Source: Vicugna vicugna (Eukaryota). From it: 64,000 bases of DNA. Position numbers and translations under genes: made by a program. Of the stretch, positions 1-10,950 are shown piece after piece. The notes beneath the pieces were generated by a model. It saw only the letters and a list, made by a program, of their open reading frames with translations. It did not search any database and had not been told where the DNA came from. The stretch lies in contig MU058528.1 of NCBI GenBank assembly GCA_013265495.1, positions 186,001 to 250,000 of the forward strand. The letters are read 5' to 3'. Within the stretch, counting starts at the first letter, position 1. Every line of letters begins with the position of its first letter.

Positions 1-127
1 GAAGTACAGCAGGCTTACTGTACGACTGGATTATTTTGTAGCTCCTCAAATCCTGAATATATTCAGCTAAGTGTAAGCAGGTTTACTTTGGTTTCATTCA
101 AAATGCAAAAGTAAGGTTGGAAAATTT

Positions 128-520
128 TACTCATTCATTACTTCAACAAATATCTACTGAGTGATTACAAGGTGTCATACAATGTATTAATTCCTGAAAA
201 ATTCCAGACTTCATTGAGCCTTATCAAAAGGAAATTAAGGAAAGAAAACCAGCAATTACAGCACACAACACACACACATATTGTGATAGAGTGAGATAGA
301 CCTGGAGTGGGCTCCAGAGTACACTCAACCCAGGCATCAGGAAGGACTTCCAGAAGATGACGTCCACAGTGAGGTGTTATTCAGTTGGAACAGCAGGTGC
401 CAAGGTCCTGGGGTGAGAGAACAGTCTTAGAATTCACGAATGGAGAGGTGAGGGCAGGGATGGAAGAAAAGGCAAGGTTGACGGTTGAAGACGTCCCAAG
501 GGTGTTCTGGATGGAGCCAT
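128..520 (-). mobile_element. L2 LINE 3' fragment (ancient, decayed)
   Basis: TCATTCATTACTTCAACAAATATCTACTGAGTG is the reverse complement of the L2 3' terminus; decayed L2-like sequence follows. Boundaries approximate. Confidence 0.6.
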
Positions 521-627
521 GTTGGAGAAATCTGAAACCTTGATGAGGAAGTCTTCCCCACTGAAGCTTTCCTGTTTTTTTCTTTTGTAATCTTTATCTT
601 AAGAAAGATTTTTCAAGAAGGAAAGTA

Positions 628-713
628 CCTCCAAGTTAACTAGCCAAGAGTGTTAGTTAGAATGCAGAGCTTCCTCCAAGTTAACCAGCCAAGACTGTTA
701 GAATGTAGACCTT
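628..713. repeat. Tandem duplication, 45-bp and 41-bp copies
   Basis: CCTCCAAGTTAACTAGCCAAGAGTGTTAGTTAGAATGCAGAGCTT followed by CCTCCAAGTTAACCAGCCAAGACTGTTAGAATGTAGACCTT. Confidence 0.95.
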
Positions 714-2168
714 GTTTATTCTTTATCAGAAGAGTCAAAGATTCTGTCTTTCTCCCAGCCTTTTAGGGATTTTTTAAAGCATGAGAACATGAGCAACAAT
801 TACAGTGGAAAGAATTACTGAGCCAAGTTGCTGGAAAGAAATACTTCTGCAGGAAGACTTTATCCTCTGAAAGAATATTTGCTTGTCTGTGGAATGGAAC
901 CTTAGAGCTGTGGAAATATGCTTTTATGGGTCTCAGAATTCTTTAATAAGATGAAAAATGCAATGTATTGAGGAGAATAGGAAGTAATTACTGTTAAAAT
1001 GCTAGAAGAACCTGAAATCTTATCTGCTTAGAAAAGATTTAAGTCAGTTGATGTTTATCATGATCATACTTGGAAATTTACCTACCATTTTTCATGATTA
1101 GTGACTCAGATCTCTTACATTGAATTTTACAGGTGATGTCAGCATAGACAGAGGGCAAGGAAGGAAAGTCTGAGCTGCCACCAGGGAGCTTTGCCTTATT
1201 TCTTGCTCGAACGGCCTCAATTTGAAGAGCCCTCATTTGGTCTGAGGAGCTCTTTAGCTGGTTTCAAAAGACAATCGAGTCTAATTTGTATGGAGAGATG
1301 GAGTGGAGACAGGTTCTAAACTTCCTTCTAAGGATTTAGACTATATCATGCTTATTTTAGGAACAAAAAATTCTGCCAGGTTTTCTCTTTTTTTTTTTCT
1401 TCATTTTTCCTTAATGTGGATGTAGATTTAAGCTTTGGCTTTTCAGTATATATTTGAAGTGACTGTCCATATGGAATAGAGTCCAGTGGAAGAAAAAAGT
1501 ATTTCCAGATGCTGTTCCTTTGTAACCAAATGTTAGACTTGGCAGGAGTCGAAGGGGTTTTGCCACCTGATACTGCAGCTCCCCAGAATGACTGCCTGCT
1601 TCTGCCACTGCAGCAGACGGAACAGCTGCCAGGAGGCCCCACCGCTCAGCTTTTTCTCTCTGCTTTCCGTCTCAGAGCTTTATGGATGGGAAGCCAGTGT
1701 CTTCCCTGATCTCTGGTCCATCCTAATGTCTTCCTCCCTCACTGTTACAAGAAACCTCTCTCATGAATGTGACGGAGTCTTGTGAGAGCTGCACACTTCA
1801 ACTATAGGAAAGTTTTTACTTAGCAGGTTTTACTTAGCAACCTTTTGAACTCTCAGAAGCACCACTCTTTGGGTCCCTGCAGAGTTGAAACTGAGTCAAC
1901 ACTATGCAGGATGTGTTGCCAAACTCGTGGAAGTCTTTGGCCTGGGAGGTTACCAGTCTTTGACCAAATTTTTCTTGCACTGTCCTTTATTACGATATAT
2001 GTTTTCTAATCTCTCATATAAGGATGGTGGTAGTAAATGGGAGAATTTTTCAAAATTAAATTGTAGTGAAAAAAGAGCTGGCAGTTATTTTTTTCTGTAT
2101 TTTTAAAACCTGTCAAGAACTCTCAAGGTTCTGAGATTTCACTATACTTGTAAGCTGGTAAATTAGTG

Positions 2169-2541
2169 TGTTACAGTTTCATGGATGCTGGCAGAAGACA
2201 AGCAACTCATTCAGAGACAAAGACTTTATTTTTCACAGTACAACAAGCAGCAAGGGACATGGGCACATTTGTGTCAGTTCCTTGAGCCCTGAGGGAATAT
2301 GCAAGAGACCAGATGGCACCAGCACATGCAGTGAGCTGCATGAGAGGGGAGGGACCCTGAGTTTAGGGAACCTGAATTTTTTGTAATGGGCAGCAAGCAT
2401 GCACTTTAATCAGGAGAGAGATGCCATCTTTATCCTGCAAGGCTATTTGCTGTAGTCACATTCTTGGAAAGGCTCTGGAACAAGAGACAGAAAGTATCAC
2501 ATGTAGAAGCACAGAAGTAACATGGCCATTTTCTCTCAACA
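2169..2541 (-). mobile_element. ERVL-class solo LTR (MER73/MER74-like)
   Basis: TG...CA termini (TGTTACAGTTTCATGGATGCTGGCAGAAGAC...CTCAACA); resembles the recalled MER74-group consensus; AATAAA on the minus strand near 2225. Confidence 0.65.
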
Positions 2542-2896
2542 GAAAGTACTTCTTCTGGTCAGTCAGATCTCTAAGTCTGGAAACTACTGAATTAAATATA
2601 ATTCCAGAAAATAAGGAGAAAGGAAAGAAAAAAATTAGGAGAAAGGAAAGAAAAAAATAAAGAGAAAAGGACAGTTACTTTGTACAAGTGGGTGGAGATG
2701 AGAAAAGTTCTTCCTGAGATTCTGTATCTACCTGACATACAATTATAATTCACCTTTTAAAGTTATACTCTCTGTGCTATTAATGAGAATATTGCCTTTA
2801 TTTTCAACAATTAATTTACTGCTGTTAACGATTCTGGAGGTTTGCCTGTAACAGTGTGAAAAAGCCAAACCAGGTCATATTTGTTGAATCAGTGTC

Positions 2897-2926
2897 TTTG
2901 CACTACTAAATTTTGCACTACTAAAT
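2897..2926. repeat. 15-bp tandem duplication (TTTGCACTACTAAAT x2)
   Basis: Directly visible. Confidence 0.9.
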
Positions 2927-3649
2927 TCTGAATTTTAGTTAATGACATGAATATTAGCATTCTTTGATAAAAAGGCATGATAAGCTGACATTTTGGTGAA
3001 GCGTTCATTGCAGTTTTCAAAACAAGTTCAAAAATTACAATGAAAGCGGGAATGTGTACCTTTTGGGGAGAAAAATGTATGGCAATTTCCTATAGGCATC
3101 TTACATCTTCCCCTCTGTAACTACTCTGATTTTTTATATTAAGATTTCAGTTTTGTTAGGATTGAATCCAGTCAGAAATAGTTGTGTTTCCAAAGAATAC
3201 AGGCAAAGGAAAGTTATGGATCCTGAGTACGTGTCAGACCTACTTGCTTGAAGGAAGAGGAGACTTCTGCTGAAGCTGGGAAAAAAGACTTCAGGCTTTT
3301 GTGGCAGGAGTCATGTAAAGAAAATGGATATCCAGGAAATATTTTCATGGAAGATATTATAATATACACCCTGAAGCTTTACACCCTGGTGCTTTGAATG
3401 TTTGATTAATCTATCAGGGTTTTGGGATTTCCAAATTACTTCGTTAAATGTGCACAACTTGGATTTTCAATGGTAAAGTTTCAAAAAATCTTCATGACAG
3501 AGTATTCATGAAGTCCCTGTAGTATGCCAAGTGATGGCTAAGAGACACAAATGACACAATTCTCATCCTTTTGGGAGCAACTGTCATAAACTACAAAGCA
3601 GAAAAAAAATGGTTCAATGAACATTTTACATATTCCATTCAAATAATGC

Positions 3650-3745
3650 AGATACATTTATGCAATGGAATATTACTCAGTGATAAAAAAGAATAAAATG
3701 ATGCCATTTGCAGCAACATGGATGAGCCTGGAGATTGCCATTCTA
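3650..3745 (+). mobile_element. Short internal L1 fragment (ORF2 C-terminal end)
   Basis: Translates as MEYYSVIKKNKMMPFAATWMSLEIAIL, the typical L1 ORF2 C-terminus; no poly(A) or TSD seen. Confidence 0.85.
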
Positions 3746-4019
3746 GATGCCATCAGGAAAAGTGCAATTGATTTTACCTTTGTCTCTTATCTGATATTCT
3801 TGAGACATTTAGAACTGATCCAAGATGTGAATGTATTTACTGGGCATTTTCTGTAGACCTGGCACAGTGACAGATTAGGAGGAGCCTGGAGGACCATTAT
3901 ATGGTTTCTGCCCTCAAGACCTCCCAGTCTGGTAGGAGAAACAAGCAGGACAACAATTTCCCCAAAGGGAGCTCCATTCCAGGCATTCCAGCACAACACT
4001 GGACAGTGAATATCCCCAG

Positions 4020-4118
4020 GACTTAGATTAGTATTGATAGTATATTTCCCGTATTCAGAACAGCTCCTGGCATGTAGTAGACCCTCAATAAGTGATAGTT
4101 AAATAAGTTAATGAAGGA
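4020..4118 (+). mobile_element. L2 3' end
   Basis: CCTGGCATGTAGTAGACCCTCAATAAGTGATAGTTAAATAAGTTAATGAA resembles the L2 terminus. Confidence 0.6.
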
Positions 4119-6295
4119 ATTATAGGCAGCAAGTTTGGTATGACAATGCCGTAGTAAAGAGAATGTAACACAAAGGAGGGAAACCAAAGTAAAGACCAGT
4201 AGCTGTTGACAGTGAGCAAAGTTATAAAACACAATTTTTCACAAAATCAGACATTAAAGTTAATAACCTCAGCTACCTAAAATAAAAACAGAGATCTCAT
4301 ACTCTGTAATGACATGGGCAAGTTTTCATATTTTGTGGCAAATATGTAACTGAAACTAAGGTAATGCACAAACTATCTAGTTTTTTTTTAAAGAAAACTT
4401 CTGTTGAGAAATCAAATTACTTTTAATTTTATTTGATTGTTGTAATATCTGAATACATTTAGCTCTGGGGAGTTAATATTTTGTAGGAAGCATGAGATAA
4501 ACAGGAAAAACTGTTTTCATAAAAGACACATTCTTATCCATATAGTAAGGTGTATTTAAGACAAGTATTTAAAACACTTGGCCTTGCTAATTAATAGTTT
4601 CTTAATCACTCAGTTCCAGCTAGCATCCATCATCTTTTGCAGAAGCTAAATATGTAAATTGTTTTCTGTTGAGTAAAGAATGCTTTCCATTTCAAAGATG
4701 GAACTATGGTGTTTTTAATTTTTTTTAAGCACTTTTCTTTGTTACAGGTCTGGTTCTTTCTTCCTTAAGCCCTTCCTTAAGGATTTTCTGATAGCTCAGT
4801 GATTGACGATTTCCCTCAGAAACTCTGATGAGCTTGCAGTGGAGAGACTGGCTTTTTGACCAAATGCTCTCAGGAAACTCGTTTGCCAGGAAAACATATG
4901 TACCCCTCTAATGTTGCTTTCAGACATCCCTACCTTCAAATGTCCCCGGAACAATCTGTTCATGGCGTAGCTACTGGGCTCATCTACTGGTGGTGCCAGA
5001 AAAAGTCGTTTTGCCTTTAAAAATGAAATGTATACTAGTGTGGACCAAATGTACTGGCAAGATGAAGTGTTTTAAAGGATATGCCTTCTAAGTTTCTGGG
5101 ATGCAACTAAGGGAAGAGGACTGGGGCCTTCTGTCATGTAACGAATAACAAGTTGCAAAGTTCAAGGTTGCAGGACATTGATCAGAAATCATCAAATAAT
5201 CCATTTCAAGAAGATAAGGAGATGATTGCTTTAAAGAGACAGCAAAGAGCAATGCAAGGGAAAAGAACATGTTCAATTTTTAAAAATTTGGATTTTAATT
5301 TAATTGGAAACCAGCTGATTGCTATCTGGAAAACAATGCTTTGGTTAGGTGTTTGTGCATCCTGAAAAGTGTAAATATATCTATTAACCTACTCACTTTG
5401 CAGATAATACTAGTGAAGTATAAATCATTAAATTAAATAAGAAGTTAAAATGTTGGTCAAAAGTCATTACTATTATATTAATGGCTTCAGTGACCTGAAA
5501 ATCTTATCAGTAAGTACTTCCATTTGCAACCAAGAAATGATTTTCAGACTATAAGTCCTAAAGGGATACAACTAGGTAACATCTGAGCAGCAGGGAGCTT
5601 TTTTCTGATTTCTTGAATCATATATTTTCCCCTTAGTCATTCATTAACCTGACAAATATTTGTGACGCCTGCTCTGTGTGAGGTTCAGTTCTAGGTGCTG
5701 GGGAAATAGCTATGAGCAAAGAGACAAGCTTACATTCTTGTTTTTTATTCTGTTTTTTCACAGATAAACAAAAAGTATACATACATGCACACATATTTAT
5801 ATAGTTAAAGACTCTATGAAGAAAAAGCTAGTGAAGGGATTAGCTCTGACCAAATGTGTCAGGCTTTGCTGATGCTTAAGGGGTCTAGAGAGGAGGAAGG
5901 GGAGTAGTTATGGAGGAGGAAGCCCCTGGGGGTGGGAGGAGCCTTTTGTGAGATAGGGAAGGCTGGGGAAGGTGGGGGATTGCAGAGGAAGGGGAGTGTC
6001 AGTGGGAAGCTGAAAGTTCATATTAGGTGAGTTGGAAATGTGTATTAGATATTCAGTGTTGAGTTGCCAGTTGGATGGCAAACCTGGAGCTCAGAGAGAA
6101 GTCCAGGAATCAGGGTTTCATATGTAAATTTGGGAGCCATGGGCGTATTAATGGTATTTGACACAGGATTGGATAAAATTACCTAGGAGGTGAGAGGAAT
6201 GAGTATAAGTGGAGAAGACTAAAGATTGAGTCCAGGGGCACTCCAACATTTAAAGATGAAGCAGAGGAGCAACCAGCAATAAAAACTGAAGATGT

Positions 6296-6986
6296 GCACC
6301 CCAGGGTTCATAACAACACTATGTGCAATAGCTAAGACATGGAAGTAACCTAAATGTCCATCAACAGATGACTGGCTAAAAGAAGTTGTGGTACACTGGT
6401 GAGGGATGTTGAGGGTAGGGGAGTATATATGTGTGGGTGGGGAGGGCTATATGTGAAGTCTCTGTATTTTCTGCTCAATTCTGTTGTGAACCTGAAACTG
6501 CTCTAAAAGAATAAAGTCTATTAAAAAAAAAAAAAGAAGTTGTGGTATATTTATACTAATGGAATACTATTCAGCCATAAAGAAGAATAAAATAATGCCA
6601 TCTGCAGCAACATGAATGGACCTGGATAATGTCATTTGTCATTCTAAGTGAGGTAAGCCCAAAAAAGAAAGAAAAATACCATATGATATCACTTATATGT
6701 GGAATCTAAAATAAAATAAAAAGACGAACTTATTTACAAAACAGAAACAGACTCACAGACAGAGAAAACAAACTTACGGTTAATATAAAATAGATATTCA
6801 GCAAGTTTTTACTGTATAGCACAGGGAACTATATTCAATGTCTTGTAGTAACTTATGGTAGAAAAGAATGCAAAAATGAATATATGTATGTTCATGCATG
6901 ACGGAAGCATTATGCTGTACACCAGAAATTGACACCACATTGTAAACTGACTATACTTCAATAAGAAATATATACACAAAAAAACC
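6296..6986 (+). mobile_element. 5'-truncated lineage-specific L1 3' end (ORF2 tail plus 3' UTR)
   Basis: L1 motifs (CCTAAATGTCCATCAACAGATGACTGG; ATGGAATACTATTCAGCC), A-rich tail at about 6960-6985, near-perfect TSD CTGAAGATGT (6286-6295) / CTGAAGGTGT (6987-6996). Similar to the copy at 34838-35390. Confidence 0.92.
6394..6531 (+). mobile_element. Nested insertion of an L1MC1/L1MC2-type 3' terminus with poly(A)
   Basis: CTCTGTATTTTCTGCTCAATTCTGTTGTGAACCTGAAACTGCTCTAAAAGAATAAAGTCTATT plus poly(A); perfect 16-bp TSD AAAAGAAGTTGTGGTA at 6378-6393 and 6532-6547. Confidence 0.88.
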
Positions 6987-7559
6987 CTGAAGGTGTAGCC
7001 AGTGTAGTGGGAAGAGAACTGATGGTGTGTGTGTCCTACAAGACAAGTGGCTAAAGAAACAGCAAGAAATCATCTATGATGAGGGCTGCTGAGAGTCAAA
7101 TGTCATGAGAAATGACTTCCATTTGTTTAAGCTGAAAATACACAAAATAACTCAGGAGGAAAGAACCATGATAAAGAATGAAGGAGAGAAATATTAATAT
7201 GGTAACTGCCTAATCTGTCCCTGCATATCACTGATACAACTTCCCTTTGGAACGTTATCTGTCATGATTTAAATCTTGAGGAGAGGCATTTGCCTCAATG
7301 AATCCCAAAGGAAACATTGTTTTGTAAAACAAGAGGAGGTTATATCCAAAGTTGCTAGAGATGTTAGTCCAGTGCTCTTTGATATAATTTAAAATCCCTA
7401 AATTCCACCTTCCCTCACATCTAATCACACAGCAGACATTGTGCATTATTCACTGTAATATACACCAATACTTGTCATATCTGCTCACTTCTCTCCATCT
7501 CCATTGCCAATTTCCTCCTTCAAGCTGGTATCATGCCCTGCCTGGACCACTGCAACTGC

Positions 7560-8030
7560 TTCCATGTTAGTTCACTGGAGAAGCAGTCCCCAAGATGAGA
7601 TTCGATGTACAATAAATTTACTGGGGAAATGCCTGAAAGAGATAAACAAGGAGAGGGTAGAAAGTAGGGAGAAATAGCTCTCAGACCTTTGGATGGTTTT
7701 GATATCTGTGAAAAAAGAGGGAGGCAGAAAACTCTCAGACACTGCAGCAGTTCTGAGAAAGTTTCAACCAGGATTGTGAGGAGTCCCCAGCTAAAGTTAC
7801 TCATCAGTGGAGTCTAATATCCCGTAGGAATGGGCTGAACACTAGCACCACAGCATGCCCAGGCATTAGCAAGAACTGACCATGACTTGAGTGACAGGAG
7901 TAGAAGTAGGCATATGAGGGTTTAATGTCAGCTCAGCTGTGGTGATGGGGCCAGAGTGAGGCCTTAGCTGGGGCTGTCAATCAACTAAGCCCCTCACAGC
8001 CAGTTCTCCTAGAGGAGATTTGAGTTTAAT
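7560..8030 (-). mobile_element. ERVL LTR16-family solo LTR (decayed)
   Basis: GAAGCAGTCCCCAAGATGAGATTCGATGTACAATAAATTTACTGGGGAAATGCCTG...CTGCAGCAGTTCTGAGAAAGTTTC; similar to 55140-55545. Confidence 0.6.
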
Positions 8031-8049
8031 ATGGTTGGAATTATTAAAA

Positions 8050-8478
8050 CTTAGAAACTTAGAGAAGAGAACTCTCAGAGCTGAAACTCAAAACATTTGA
8101 GAGGGCACCAGCTGGCTGGTGCCGGTACCCCTGAGGCCGGTTTTGAGGGTGTTGGGGAAATTGCAAACTATATTCAGCAGCTTTTGCAGGAAGACGCTGC
8201 TGCTGCTGCTGCTGCCTGGATGAAGAAGTATTACTTCCCAGGAACTACCATGGACAGAAAGTCCTCAGGAAATAGACAGGAAAGAGCAAAGCTCTTCTTT
8301 CTCCTCCAGCCTTGCAGTCTCCTTCTAGAGGCCCTGTGTGAGGAACATAACAGGGAAGGAGCTGGAGAGCAGAAATGAGGTTTGTAGATTCCCAAATACT
8401 GAATTACATGGCAGAGTAAAGAAGGGTGTGTTTGGGACTGAGAGACAATAGCTTAATACCTTAATAACTGGCTCACCA
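8050..8478 (-). mobile_element. Ancient LTR fragment (LTR78-like) containing a short (GCT)n tract
   Basis: CCTCCAGCCTTGCAGTCTCC...GCAGAAATGAGGTTTGTAGA...CTGAGAGACAATAGCTTAATA matches the recalled LTR78 consensus. Confidence 0.55.
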
Positions 8479-8518
8479 GATCCACTTTTTGTAGTAAGGG
8501 AACTCCTGTGCTTTGTCT

Positions 8519-8838
8519 TGTTGACCTGAAGTAAATAGACTGCTAGTTATTTCTCCAGCAAAGATGGGTTTATTCAGAGTCAGCAGAGAATTGCAATTTG
8601 TGTTGGAACCATGTTAAGCCATGTGCAAGTGAAGGAATACTTTTATAGAGGAAAAAGGAAGTGGAAGGTTTATGGTAAACAAAGAGTTCATGGCTTTTCA
8701 TTGGCTGAGTCCTTTCCGGGAAAGAAGAGGAGCCTTTCTTCTCTTTGTTGGACTCTGCTATTAACACAGGATGTAAGAGCTCCTCCTTCTGCTCTCCCAA
8801 CTCTATTTAATTGAGGTTTCTCTTTATTAATTTTGACA
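8519..8838 (-). mobile_element. 3' LTR of a class I (gamma-like) ERV
   Basis: Minus strand begins TGTCAAAATT right after the polypurine tract and ends GGTCAACA; TATAAAA at 8641-8647 and AATAAA at 8569-8574 on the minus strand. Confidence 0.85.
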
Positions 8839-8850
8839 TCCCTCCCTTTG

Positions 8851-8958
8851 TGGGGGTAATTAGGTTTATTTATTTATTTACTGGAGGTACTGGGGATTGA
8901 ACACAGGACCTTGTGCATGCTAAGCATACACTCTACCACTGAGATAGACCCTCCCCCC
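8851..8958 (-). mobile_element. Vic-1-type tRNA-derived SINE (camelid)
   Basis: Minus strand GGGGAGGGTCTATCTCAGTGGTAGAGTGTATGCTTAGCATGCACAAGGTCCTGTGTTCAATCCCCAGTACCTCCAG...AAATAAACCTAATTACCCCC; Pol III A- and B-box-like motifs. Confidence 0.9.
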
Positions 8959-8959
8959 T

Positions 8960-10950
8960 TATATTTCCCCCTTTTGATCAAGATCTTTCTCTGAAAGTAT
9001 GGCTAATCAAGAGTCAGGTTTTCTAGTTTCATCAGCTTTTTGCCCCTCAATGTCAGGAAAAATCTTTCCTGGTTGGTGTCTTACATCAGAGGGAAAGTGT
9101 AGAATTTGGAAACCTGTTAAGATCAATTTGAGCAACAAAAAGTGGTAGAAGTGAGAACTCTAAGCTACTTTTTATCCAAAGTGCTTATGTTATCAAGATC
9201 ACAGACATTGGAGATCATATGAAGCATTACGTCATCATTAAAGCTTTAGTGACAAACTTCCAACAGGCCTGTTCTGGGTGTCTTGGGAAAGCTGTCTCAT
9301 CAGATGACATTCGCTTCAACTCCAGTAAATCTTTACCTTCAGGTCGCTAGACGATGTGCAGTTCTAGTAAGTGTTTGGTGCCTTCTTTAGGTATGTCATG
9401 TGAATCCAAGAGTCTATTCCATGGAGTTTGGCAGCACAAGGGTTGGTTAGCAGTACCTGGTAAAAGCCTTTCCGGGGAGGTTGCAGAGAGTTCTGGAGGT
9501 GTCTTTCCTGATAGATGAAATCTCCAGGTTGCAAAATGTGATGCTTAAGGTCTTCATTTCCCAAGGGAGTACTGTGACATGATTGCTCTACCAAAACGTG
9601 TTTATTTTTAATAAAAGCAATTATACCTTGGCCAATTGGCGTATCGCTACTTTCATCAGTTGTTGGTTAAAAGAAGCAGGAGCCAGGAGCACTGGGAGTC
9701 CTGTGACTATCTCAGTGGGTGAGAGTCTGAGTTCCAGAAGGGGTGGGTCTGACAGAAGCACCAACAGCAGTGCTTTTGGCCAAGGTATTTGGAGGGGGGG
9801 CCTCTACAGGTGTTGCTGAGTGGGTCTTAACAATGCCGTTAGTGTGTTCAACTAAACCAGAGGACTGAGGGTGGCATGCACAGTGAAAATAATGTGAAAC
9901 AGTCAAACAGTGCAGACCTGTCGAAGCACCAGGCCAGTAAAATGGGATTTTGATCACTATGAGGAGTTCCCCAGGTAGAGATAATCTTTTCTAAAAGGAC
10001 TTTAGCCACAGAAGAGGCAGTATCCTGCCTGCAAGGAAATGCTTCAGTTCATTGTAAAAACCTACAGACCACGGCTAAGACGCATTTGTATCCGTTAGTC
10101 AGAGGAAGTTGTATGAAATCCATTTTCCAGACCTCAAATTGTCCATGAGGCTGTTTAAAATGTCTGGGAGCAGTATGAACAGACTTCCCTGGGTTGTACT
10201 TCAGAAAAGCGGGACAAGTGATGTAGGCCTTTTATTTATTCATCTATTTATTTTGCAGGCTTGTTAATGTTTTCCCACCAATATTGATTCATGAAGGCTA
10301 TCATTTTTGTCAGTAGACCGATGGTTTAATGCATGTACTGTGATGCAAAGTGGGAATTTAGAGGCTCCAATAGAACCGGGGTGTTATTTGGCCTAAACCA
10401 GAGCTTTATTTTTTATCAAACCAACAATTGTTGAATTTCCAGTCTTGTTTTTCATTTTCTGAGTTCAATTGTTGGGCTTCTCTAGCCAATTTTTCTAGGT
10501 TGTCATTTGGGAAAATATCTCTGGACCATGGCAGAGTTTTGGCTGCATTGGTCTCATAAAGCATATCTTACAGAAATATCAGCAGGGTAATTTCCTCTAA
10601 CTTCCAGAGAATCAAGTTCAGAATGTCCCCTGAATCTTGGTCACAGCTAAAGTGGCAGGTAAAACTATCGCATCCAATAATTCCTGAACTTAGGGGTCAT
10701 TTAAAATTTTATTTCCACTGCAAATAGGGAAGCCACATTGCTTCCACAACATTCCAAAATCATGAGCTATTCAGAGAGCATATCTGCTATCAGTATAAAT
10801 ATTGGCAATTTTGCCCTTGGCTAAAGTACAAGCCTGAGTAAGATGGTATAATTCATCCTGCTGGGCTGAAGGTAAAGATGCTGCTTCAGTAGCATCAAAT
10901 GAATTGTACTAGCACAGCCTGTAAAAGCATATCACCTTTTTATAGTATCA
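8960..10950 (-). mobile_element. Class I ERV internal region: decayed pol (RNase H and integrase), env almost entirely deleted, polypurine tract at about 8964-8975
   Basis: Minus-strand translation with stops and frameshifts: RNase H SAQQDELYHLTQACTLAKGKIANIYTDSRYA...RGNYPAD; integrase EVWKMDFIQLP...EAFPCRQ...VAKVLLEKII...HPQSSGLVEHTNG; C-terminal LQPGDFIY...KGFYQVLLTNPCAAKLHGIDSWIH (ORF 9364-9594). Confidence 0.93.

Larger units (their letters stand above)
5635..7110 (-). mobile_element. Fragmented L2 (about 5635-5740, 5990-6280, 6997-7110), interrupted by a younger L1
   Basis: CATTCATTAACCTGACAAATATTTG...CTAGGTGCTGGGG, and the L2 body motifs CTGGAGCTCAGAGAGAAGTC...AAATTTGGGAGCCAT and GGGGCACTCCAACATTTAAAG. 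Confidence 0.65.

Noticed and set aside
628..713. CRISPR-like repeats (also 56504-56567)
   Set aside because: Head-to-tail duplications without unique spacers, in mammalian DNA.
8881..8958. tRNA gene (tRNA-Ala-like), also at 11970-12039 and 36985-37058
   Set aside because: These are decayed SINE heads with the shared SINE tail and TSDs, not intact cloverleafs.
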